Assembly: GCA_019744975.1 (NCBI GenBank)
Contig: JAIETP010000002.1
Coordinates: 4,631-68,630 of the forward strand
Direction of reading: 5' to 3'
From: Burkholderiales bacterium
Lineage (GTDB): Bacteria; Pseudomonadota; Gammaproteobacteria; Burkholderiales; SG8-41
DNA length: 64,000 bases
Below are positions 30,393-38,201 of this stretch, in pieces. Below the pieces are notes generated by a model. That model saw nothing but the letters and a program-made list of their open reading frames with translations, made no database searches and had not been told where the DNA came from. Made by a program: the position numbers and the translations under genes. Every line of letters starts with the position of its first letter. Within the stretch, counting starts at the first letter, position 1.

Positions 30393-30493
30393 GGATTGGG
30401 GATTGAGGAGTGCGGAGCGAACACCTGCCTTGGTTTTGATGTTCCGCTCAATCCTCAATCCTCAATCCTCAATCCTCAATCCGCATCCCTCAT
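30392..30493. repeat. inverted array of heptamer repeats (GGATTGR left arm; five perfect CTCAATC units at 30447-30481 plus degenerate units)
   Basis: Read directly from the sequence. It fills the whole gap between two convergent genes. Confidence 0.85.
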
Positions 30494-31906
30494 TCATAAC
30501 TGCAGTCCTTCCCATCCGCCGCCCAGCGCCCTGACCACATCGGCCACGGCGGCGCGTTGCGCGCGCAGCGCATCAGCGCGGTTGAGTTCGGCGTTGAGCA
30601 GGTTGCGCTCCGCGTCGAGGACCTCCAGCTGGCTGGTCAGGCCGTTGTCGTAACGGACGCGGGCCAGTCGCAGGGATTCGTTCAGCGCCACGGCGCGCGC
30701 GGTTCCGGCATCAAACACTTCGCGGGCCTTGGTCTGCGCCACCAGCGCATCATGGGTTTCGCGGAACGCCGTCTGCAGGGTTTTCTGGTACTGCGCCAGC
30801 GCCTGTCGCTCACGCGCTTCGACAGCCTCGATTTCGCCGAACAGCCGGCCGCCCTGGAAAATCGGTTGCGCCAGTGCAAATCCGAGACTCCAGATCCCCG
30901 CCGGTCCCGTGAACAGATCGGTCAGCGCGGCGCTTTCGCTGCCGAGGTAACCGCTGAGTCCGATGCGCGGGAAAAGTGCCGCGCGGGCGGCGCCGATGCG
31001 GGCGTTGGCGGCGATCAATTGTTGTTCGGCGGCAACCACATCGGGCCGGCGCAGCAGCAGTGACGAGGGCAGATCGGCCGGGATCACCGGTGTCGCCGGC
31101 TGACCGGCTTCGGCGGTGCGGGCGACGCTGTCGTTGATCAATGCACGCGGGCTGCGGCCGAGCAGCACCCCCAATGCGAGTTCTTCGCCGGTGCGACGGC
31201 GTTCGAGCGCCGGCAACTGTGCCTGTGCCGCGAGCACTTCGGCTTCGATCTGGCGCAGCGTGAATTCATTGATCAACCCGGCGTTGGCGCGGGTGCGCTG
31301 CAGCCGGAAGTCCTGCTGGCGCAGTTCCAGCGATCTGCGTGTCGCAGCGATCTGCGCGTCAAAGGACACCAGCGCGTAGTACGAGCGGACAACCTCGGCG
31401 GTCAGCGCGATGCGCACGGTTTCCCGTGCGGCGGTTGTCGCCAGCAACCCGGCGCGTGCGGCCTTGCTGCTGTTGCTCAGGCGGCCCCACAGGTCGATTT
31501 CATAAGCGACATTGAGTTGAGCGCGGTAGTTGTTGTTTTCCAGTGCGCCCGGAATCCGTGTCGCGGTGCTGTTCGAGCGCCGGCTGCGGTCACGCTGGAA
31601 CGTGGCGTCTACCGATGGCGCTTGTTCTGCGTCGGCAATCCGCGCCAGCGCGCGCGCTTCATCGAGCCGGGCGGTGGCCAGCGCCAGATCCTGGTTGCCG
31701 GCCAGCGCTTCGCTCACCAGGCGGTCCAGCGTGGCATCGCCATAGATCGCCCACCAGCGTTCGGCGGGCATGGTTTTTCCCTGCGCCGGCACAGCGAGCC
31801 AGGCTTCCGGCAGTTCGGCGGCGGGCCGTTCGTACGCCGGACCGATGCTGCAGCCGGCGAGCAGGGTTGATGCAAGCGCAATGTAAATCAGTGATCGCTT
31901 ATTCAT
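30494..31906 (-). CDS. RND efflux outer-membrane factor lipoprotein (NodT/OprM family)
   Basis: Lipobox LLAGCS. The start ATG overlaps the pump stop (ATGAATAA). Confidence 0.9.
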   Translation of the reverse strand: MNKRSLIYIALASTLLAGCSIGPAYERPAAELPEAWLAVPAQGKTMPAERWWAIYGDATLDRLVSEALAGNQDLALATARLDEARALARIADAEQAPSVDATFQRDRSRRSNSTATRIPGALENNNYRAQLNVAYEIDLWGRLSNSSKAARAGLLATTAARETVRIALTAEVVRSYYALVSFDAQIAATRRSLELRQQDFRLQRTRANAGLINEFTLRQIEAEVLAAQAQLPALERRRTGEELALGVLLGRSPRALINDSVARTAEAGQPATPVIPADLPSSLLLRRPDVVAAEQQLIAANARIGAARAALFPRIGLSGYLGSESAALTDLFTGPAGIWSLGFALAQPIFQGGRLFGEIEAVEARERQALAQYQKTLQTAFRETHDALVAQTKAREVFDAGTARAVALNESLRLARVRYDNGLTSQLEVLDAERNLLNAELNRADALRAQRAAVADVVRALGGGWEGLQL

Positions 31907-34900
31907 TGCCGGTTTCCTTGCTGGGCGGGGCATGACGCGGGGTATGGGTCGAGCGCAATGCCAGCTCGCGATGATGCGCGACTTCACTTTCAATCTCGGC
32001 AGTGGAGCGGCTGTCGGATAATTTTCGATCAACGATCAGTTTGTAGAACCACGGGATGAAGAAAATCGCGAGGAAGGTCGCCGCCAGCATGCCGCCCATC
32101 ACCCCCGTGCCGGCGGAGTGGCGCGCGCCGGCGCCGGCGCCGCTGGAAATGACCAGCGGCACCACGCCGAGAATGAAGGCGAGCGAGGTCATCAGGATCG
32201 GGCGGAAACGCAGGCGGGCCGCTTCGATGGCTGCCGCCGAGGTCGACATGCCTTCGTTCTTTTTCATCACTGCGAACTCGACGATCAGGATCGCGTTTTT
32301 CGCGGCCAGGCCGAGCAGCGTGACCAGGCCGATCTGGAAATAAACGTCATTGCTGAGCCGCGCGATGCCGGCCAGCGGCGACAGCAGTCCCTGCAGCCAG
32401 GGTATGCCCTGCGCCAGGTAATAGGGCATCGGCAGCAGGTTGTTGATGAAAATGGCCGCCAGCGCACCGAAGGTGCCGAAGGGCAGTGCCAGCATCACCG
32501 CCAGCGGCAGTGACCAGCGGTCGTATTGCGCGGCAAGAATCAGGAACACCATCAGTGCGGCGAGTCCCAGCGCCAGCACCGAGGTGCCGCCCGAGCGTTT
32601 TTCCTGGAACGAGGAGCCGCCCCAGTCAAAGGTGAAATCGGCCGGCAGCGTCGCCTTCGCGATGCGTTCCATGCCGGCGATGGCTTCACCGGAGCTGAAC
32701 CCGGGTTGAGCTGAACCGAAGATCTTGACCGCAGGCAGGTTGTTGAAACGGTCCAGCGAATCCGGGCCCGATGAGTAATTCACCTTGGCCAGCGCCGACA
32801 GCGGCACCATCGCGCCGTGTTCCGAGCGCACGTACACCGCGCCAACGTCGTCCGGGCGTTTGCGGTAGCCGGGTTCCGCCGACATCAGCACCTGCCAGGT
32901 GCGGCCGAATTTGTTGAAGTCATTGACGTAGGCGGTGCCCAGCGTCGCGGCGAGCGTGTTGTAGAGTTCGTCGATCGGCACGCCCAGTGTTTTGGCTTTT
33001 TCGCGGTCGGTTTCGACGTAGAGCTGCGGCACGTTGGCGCGCCACAAGGTGTTGACCTGGCCGAACATCGGATCCTTCTGCACCGCGGCGAGCAGCTGCT
33101 GTGTCGCTTCGGACAGTTTCTGTGCGCCGCCTTCGCCGCGGTTCTGGATATAGAACTCGAAGCCGCCGGCGTTGCCCAGGCCGAAAATCGGCGGCGGGCC
33201 GAAGGCCAGCGCCAGGCCTTCCTTGATGTGCGCGGTTTTCATGAAAAACTCGCCGACCAGCTGGCCGGTGGACACCGTGCGTTCATCCCAGTGTTTCTGG
33301 GTGACGAAAATTGTCGCCGCGCTGTTGCGGAAACCGCCGCCGAGGAAGTCGAAGCCGGTGAAGGCGATCGCGGTTTCGTTGGCCGGATTCGACTTGATGA
33401 TCTCAACCACTTCGTTGACCACCTTGTCGGTGCGTTCAAGGGTCGCGCCATCCGGCAGGAACACCGCTGCGATGTAATAACCCTGGTCCTCATCGGGCAC
33501 CAGAGAACCCGGCGTGGCGCGCCACAGGCCGAAGGTCAGCGCGACCATGCCGGCAAAGAGCAGCACGGCGATCAGGCCGCGGCGCAGCATCCAGGTCACA
33601 CCGTCGACATAACGCCCGGTCATGCGGCTGAACCAGTCGTTGAACCAGGTGAAAAAGCGGCCGGGTTTCGCGTGCTGGCGTTTCAGGATCAGTACGCACA
33701 GTGAGGGCGTCAGCGTCAGAGCGACGATGCCCGAGATCACCACCGCGATCGATATGGTCACGGCAAACTGGCGGTAGAGTTCGCCAGTCAGGCCGCCGAG
33801 GAAGGCGATGGGTACAAACACCGCGCACAGCGTCAGCACGATGGCGATGATCGGGCTGGTGACCTCGCGCATCGCCTTGATCGCCGCTTCGCGCGCATCG
33901 AGACGTTCCTCGTGCATGATGCGTTCGACGTTTTCCAGCACCACGATGGCATCGTCAACGACGATGCCGATGGCCAGCACCATGCCGAACAATGTCAGCG
34001 TGTTGATCGAATAACCGAGCAGCAGCAGGCCGGCGAAGGTGCCGATCAGCGATACCGGCACAGCGGCAAACGGGATCAGCGTGGCGCGCCAGTTCTGCAG
34101 GAACAGGAACACCACCAGGAACACCAGCGCCATCGCTTCGAGCAGGGTGTAGATCACCTCGCGGATCGAGACTTCGACGAAACGCGTGGTGTCGTACACC
34201 ACGATGTGGGTCAGGCCCGGCGGATAGACCTGCGCCAGCGGCGTCAGTACCGCCTTCACGCGGTCGGCGGTGGCCAGCGCATTGGAGTTGGGTTGCAGGA
34301 AAATACCGACCAGGGTCGCTGTTTTTCCGTTGACGCGGCCGATGAACTCGTAATCCTTGGAGCCCAGTTCGACGCGCGCCACATCCTTCAGCCGGAGCAG
34401 TGTGCCGTCGGGGTTGGCGCGGACGACGATGTTCTCGAACTCCGCGGGTTCCGACAGCCGGCCCTTGGTGGTGATGGTATAGACCAGTTCCTGTGGGCCG
34501 CCGGTCGGCGATTGGCCGATCTTGCCGGCGGCGAACTGCGCGTTTTGTTCGTTCAGCGCACGCGTCAGGTCACCCGGCGTCAGCTTCAACTGCGCCAAGC
34601 GGTCGGGACGCGTCCAGATGCGCATCGCGTAATCCTTGGCGCCGAAAATCTGCACGTTGGTGGTGCCGGGTATGCGTTTCAGCGCGTCGAGCACGTTCAG
34701 CGTGACGTAGTTCGAGATGAACAGGTCGTCGCGGCTGCCGTCGGGGGAGCTGAAGGCGATCACCTGCAGGAACGCCGACGAACCTTTTTCCACAGTGACA
34801 CCCTGGCGCCGGACTTCCAGCGGCAGGCGCGGTTCGGCCTGTTTGACGCGGTTGTTGACGTTCAGCGCCGCCTTGTCGACATCGGCGCCGATTTCGAAGG

Positions 34901-35177
34901 TGACCTGGATTTCAACGACACCGCTCGAAGTCGAGGTCGAACTCATGTAGAGCATGTTCTCGACACCGGTGATCTGGTTTTCCAGCGGGGCGGCGACGGT
35001 CTGTTCCAGCACCTGGGCCGAAGCGCCGGGATAGATCGCGCGCACGGTGACCACCGGCGGGGCGATTTCCGGATATTGCGCAATCGGCAGCACGCGTATC
35101 GCGGCCATGCCGGCGAGTACGATGAAAATCGAAATCACCACCGCGAAGATCGGGCGGTCTATGAAAAAACGTGACAT
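31899..35177 (-). CDS. multidrug RND permease (AcrB/MexB-like)
   Basis: 1092 aa beginning MSRFFIDRPIFAVVISIFIVLAG, with the classic AcrB architecture. Confidence 0.9.
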   Translation of the reverse strand: MSRFFIDRPIFAVVISIFIVLAGMAAIRVLPIAQYPEIAPPVVTVRAIYPGASAQVLEQTVAAPLENQITGVENMLYMSSTSTSSGVVEIQVTFEIGADVDKAALNVNNRVKQAEPRLPLEVRRQGVTVEKGSSAFLQVIAFSSPDGSRDDLFISNYVTLNVLDALKRIPGTTNVQIFGAKDYAMRIWTRPDRLAQLKLTPGDLTRALNEQNAQFAAGKIGQSPTGGPQELVYTITTKGRLSEPAEFENIVVRANPDGTLLRLKDVARVELGSKDYEFIGRVNGKTATLVGIFLQPNSNALATADRVKAVLTPLAQVYPPGLTHIVVYDTTRFVEVSIREVIYTLLEAMALVFLVVFLFLQNWRATLIPFAAVPVSLIGTFAGLLLLGYSINTLTLFGMVLAIGIVVDDAIVVLENVERIMHEERLDAREAAIKAMREVTSPIIAIVLTLCAVFVPIAFLGGLTGELYRQFAVTISIAVVISGIVALTLTPSLCVLILKRQHAKPGRFFTWFNDWFSRMTGRYVDGVTWMLRRGLIAVLLFAGMVALTFGLWRATPGSLVPDEDQGYYIAAVFLPDGATLERTDKVVNEVVEIIKSNPANETAIAFTGFDFLGGGFRNSAATIFVTQKHWDERTVSTGQLVGEFFMKTAHIKEGLALAFGPPPIFGLGNAGGFEFYIQNRGEGGAQKLSEATQQLLAAVQKDPMFGQVNTLWRANVPQLYVETDREKAKTLGVPIDELYNTLAATLGTAYVNDFNKFGRTWQVLMSAEPGYRKRPDDVGAVYVRSEHGAMVPLSALAKVNYSSGPDSLDRFNNLPAVKIFGSAQPGFSSGEAIAGMERIAKATLPADFTFDWGGSSFQEKRSGGTSVLALGLAALMVFLILAAQYDRWSLPLAVMLALPFGTFGALAAIFINNLLPMPYYLAQGIPWLQGLLSPLAGIARLSNDVYFQIGLVTLLGLAAKNAILIVEFAVMKKNEGMSTSAAAIEAARLRFRPILMTSLAFILGVVPLVISSGAGAGARHSAGTGVMGGMLAATFLAIFFIPWFYKLIVDRKLSDSRSTAEIESEVAHHRELALRSTHTPRHAPPSKETGNE

Positions 35178-35196
35178 GGTTATCAGTCCGCCGGGT

Positions 35197-36435
35197 TCAG
35201 GATTTCACGGCCGGCTTGGCCGCGGGTTTTTCTTTTGGGGAGGCCGCTGGTTTTTCCGTCGGCTTGCCGTTCGTTGCCGGAGCTGCCGGCTCGGTGACAT
35301 TGACCGGAGCGCCGGGACCGATTTTCAGCACACCGTCGACGATCACGCGTTCGCCGGGTTTGAGGCCGGCGTTGATCACCCAGCCGTCGCTGACCCAGGC
35401 GCCGACTTCAACCGGGCGCGCTTCGGCTTTGGATTCGGCGTTGACCACGTAGACGAATTTCCCGGCCGGGCTTTCGAGCACCGCGCGCTGCGGGATGACG
35501 ATGGCCGCGGGCCGTATCGCGCCGGAGAGCGCAATGCGCACGAATTCACCGGCGCGCAACTGGTTGCCGGGATTGGGGAACTCGGCGCGCGATTCGCTGG
35601 TGCCGGTCTGGGTGTTGACCCGGACATCGCTGAAATTGACCGCGCCGCTGCGTGCATAGTCGCGGCCGTCGCCGAGTTTCAGCGTGGCTTTGAGTTTGCC
35701 GTCGGCCGGCAGCTTGATGCGGCCGGCTTCAACATCGCGTCGCAGCGCGAGGTGGTCACGGTCGGAGACGCCGAATATCACGTACATCGGATCAGTCTGG
35801 GTGACCGTGGTCAGCAATACGCCGGGACCGGAGACCAGCGTGCCCTCGGATACCGCGGCACGACCGGCAATGCCGGTGATCGGCGCTTCGACGCGGGTCC
35901 ACTCCATGTTGAGACGCGCTTCATTGACCCGGGCGCGGGCACTCTCGACCTGGGCGCGGGTGATGCGTTCACTTGACGTCGCATCATCGAGTTCTTTCTG
36001 GCTGACGGCCTTGGCTTCGTATACGGGTTTCAGGCGTGCCAGTTCACGTTGCGCCTGCTGCAGTTGTGCTTCGGCAACACCGAGGTCCGCCTGGGCGCGC
36101 GCTTGTGCAAGCTGGAAGGGGGCGGGGTCAATGGTAAACAGGGATTCACCCTGGCGTACTGTACTGCCTTCGCGGTAATTCCTTTTCAGCAGGATGCCGC
36201 TGACCCGGGCGCGCACCTCGACTTCACGGTAACCCGCGGTCTGTGCGGTGTAATCCAGCGTGATCGGAACATCGCGTGTTTCGGTGGTTACGACGGAGAC
36301 CGGGGATGGCGGAAAAGCGGGCGGGCCGCCGGCCGGGCCGCAGCCGGCGACCAGGCCGGCAATGAGCAGCGACGCCGCAGCCAGGGGGGGGTGGCGCAGT
36401 GCGGAACGCAAATAAGGAGCGTAGAGGGCGATCAT
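35197..36435 (-). CDS. RND periplasmic adaptor (AcrA/MexA-like)
   Basis: Lipobox LVAGCG and membrane-fusion-protein blocks. It is the first gene of the efflux operon. Confidence 0.9.
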   Translation of the reverse strand: MIALYAPYLRSALRHPPLAAASLLIAGLVAGCGPAGGPPAFPPSPVSVVTTETRDVPITLDYTAQTAGYREVEVRARVSGILLKRNYREGSTVRQGESLFTIDPAPFQLAQARAQADLGVAEAQLQQAQRELARLKPVYEAKAVSQKELDDATSSERITRAQVESARARVNEARLNMEWTRVEAPITGIAGRAAVSEGTLVSGPGVLLTTVTQTDPMYVIFGVSDRDHLALRRDVEAGRIKLPADGKLKATLKLGDGRDYARSGAVNFSDVRVNTQTGTSESRAEFPNPGNQLRAGEFVRIALSGAIRPAAIVIPQRAVLESPAGKFVYVVNAESKAEARPVEVGAWVSDGWVINAGLKPGERVIVDGVLKIGPGAPVNVTEPAAPATNGKPTEKPAASPKEKPAAKPAVKS

Positions 36436-36521
36436 GTTGTTATTCCCTGAGGTGGCCGGCCGGGGATCGGCGGCAGGTGTACAAAAAGTGAAATTTTGTG
36501 CAGATAGTGCTGTGCGGGCAG

Positions 36522-36549
36522 TTTACATACAACCATGAATGTATGTAAA
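36522..36549. promoter_or_regulatory. AcrR-type operator: 9-bp perfect inverted repeat TTTACATAC-N10-GTATGTAAA
   Basis: The sequence TACATACAACCATGAATGTATGTA nearly matches my recollection of the E. coli AcrR operator (TACATACATTTGTGAATGTATGTA). It lies in the divergent acrR/acrA-like intergenic region. Confidence 0.75.
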
Positions 36550-36742
36550 GTGCAGTTTTATGACAATATCCGGCACCAACCGGGAATTGCCTGGTAGGTG
36601 ATAAGGGTAAGTACTTGGTAAGTCGGCAAGAATTTGGCTAAATAGTCGGGTAAATGGCCGGGTAAGTGGTTGGGCAAGCAAGCCTGGTTTTTTATTGCTT
36701 ACTGAATTCTTACTTGCTGCTACAGGTAAATATTGGAGGATC

Positions 36743-37450
36743 GTGGCCAGACGTACAAAAGACGAGGCAGTGGAAACCCGCAACCAGATTCTTGATGCGG
36801 CAGAACGCGTATTCAACAAACGCGGCGTGTCACGCACCTCGCTCTCGGATATTGCCGAGGCGGCATCAGTGACGCGCGGTGCGATCTACTGGCATTTCAA
36901 GGACAAGGCCGATCTGTTTTGCGAAATGGTGGCGCGCGTGACCATGCCGATGGAGGACGCACCCTGCCAGATCAATCCGGCAAGGGAAGAGGATCCGCTG
37001 ACCAGTGTGCGCGCGATGCTGACCGGCATCCTGCAGCGCACCTCCGGCGACCTGCAGGCGCGGCGGGTGTTTCATATCGTGTTTCACAAGTGCGAATATG
37101 TCGATGAAATGGAGCCGGTTTGGAAGCGTTTCAGTGAAATGCAGGAGGGCTGTCTGTCGCGGCTGGAGCAGGGCCTCGCACGGGCGCTCAAGCAGGGGCA
37201 GTTGCCGGCGGGGCTGGATGTGCGGCGTACCGCAATCGGCCTGCATGCCATGGTTGACGGCCTGATCAGCAACTGGTCGATAGATCCTGAAACCATGCCG
37301 CCGGAAAGTGATGCGGGCCGGGTCATCGACGTATTTCTTGACGGCATCCTGCACGCCCCGCCGCAGACGGTGAAGCCGGCGCCACGCCGGGCAACGCACA
37401 AAACGCCGCGCAAGGCGGCGAAATCCGCGCCGCGCCGGCGCCGCGCCTGA
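36743..37450 (+). CDS. TetR-family repressor (AcrR-like)
   Basis: The HTH block TRNQILDAAERVFNKRGVSRTSLSDIAEAASVTRGAIYWHFKDK is very close to the AcrR/MexR-neighbour TetR signature. The GTG start at 36743 is preceded by GGAGGA. Confidence 0.85.
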   Translation: MARRTKDEAVETRNQILDAAERVFNKRGVSRTSLSDIAEAASVTRGAIYWHFKDKADLFCEMVARVTMPMEDAPCQINPAREEDPLTSVRAMLTGILQRTSGDLQARRVFHIVFHKCEYVDEMEPVWKRFSEMQEGCLSRLEQGLARALKQGQLPAGLDVRRTAIGLHAMVDGLISNWSIDPETMPPESDAGRVIDVFLDGILHAPPQTVKPAPRRATHKTPRKAAKSAPRRRRA

Positions 37451-37461
37451 TAATCGGCCAG

Positions 37462-37491
37462 TTGGACAGTTATACGCCTTAGGCGTATAGT
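37462..37491 (+). promoter_or_regulatory. sigma70-like promoter TTGGAC-N18-TATAGT overlapped by a 19-bp palindrome (37471-37489, TATACGCCTTAGGCGTATA)
   Basis: Read directly from the sequence. The -10 element ends 6 nt before the toxin ATG at 37498, and no Shine-Dalgarno sequence is present. Confidence 0.55.
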
Positions 37492-37497
37492 GGTTGC

Positions 37498-37809
37498 ATG
37501 TTCACTGTTGTCGAGACTCCCTTGTTCCAGAAACAATGGCCTCTTTACTGGAGTGAAGAGGATCTGGGTGAATTCGCGGCATACATCGCCGAATTCCCCG
37601 ATGCCGGAGACGTGGTGCCCAATTCCGGCGGTATTCGAAAAGTCCGCTGGCGACGGGCCGGTACCGGCAAATCCGGAGGCGTGCGCGTCATTTATTTAAC
37701 GCGCAAAGCCGAGGAAGAAGTCGTACTGCTGATCATGTATGCGAAAGCCAAAACAGACAACATTACCGGTGCCAAGCTAAAGGAGATTCGCCGTGCCCTC
37801 GAAAACTAA
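37498..37809 (+). CDS. higB: HigB-2-family (RelE/ParE superfamily) toxin
   Basis: TPLFQKQW...GDVVPNSGGIRKVRW...GKSGGVRVIY parallels Vibrio HigB-2 (TIFEKY...GDVIQGTGGLRKIRV...GKRGGSRIIY). GC content is lower than the surrounding sequence. Confidence 0.75.
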   Translation: MFTVVETPLFQKQWPLYWSEEDLGEFAAYIAEFPDAGDVVPNSGGIRKVRWRRAGTGKSGGVRVIYLTRKAEEEVVLLIMYAKAKTDNITGAKLKEIRRALEN

Positions 37810-38107
37810 ACCGCTTACCCCGGCAAAACTGCGGGCCTATGAGGCCAAGCGTGATCTTGCCGCCGAGTTGCTGGAGTCCGTGCAGCAAATGAAAGCCGGC
37901 AAGACCCAGGTGGTCCTGTCACCGGCAATTGAGGCCCGTGAACGTACGGGCCTGTCGCAATCGCAGTTTGCCCGCTTGCTGGGCGTGTCCGTGCGCACGC
38001 TTCAGGGCTGGGAGCAAGGCCGTAAACAGCCCAGCGGCGCTGCGCGAACCCTGCTGACCATTGCGCAAACCAATCCCAAGGCTTTGCTGGCGGTTGTTGA
38101 GCGGTAG
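37793..38107 (+). CDS. higA: HigA-2-family XRE-HTH antitoxin
   Basis: LSQSQFARLLGVSVRTLQGWEQGRKQPSGAARTLL HTH block. The GTG start overlaps the toxin 3' end by 17 nt. Confidence 0.75.
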   Translation: MPSKTKPLTPAKLRAYEAKRDLAAELLESVQQMKAGKTQVVLSPAIEARERTGLSQSQFARLLGVSVRTLQGWEQGRKQPSGAARTLLTIAQTNPKALLAVVER

Positions 38108-38201
38108 AGAGGAAATTCAATGTGCTGGCCGCACCTTTGTATTCTGAGTTTCGGAAAAGAAATCTACTCCGTGTCATTTTTTCTTCACGGGTTTTAAGAG
38201 T

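Noticed and set aside
30447-30481. Possible CRISPR-like arrays at 30447-30481 and 61816-61847
   Set aside because: The units are only 7-8 bp and directly abut one another with no spacers. No cas genes are present. These are simple tandem repeats, not CRISPR.
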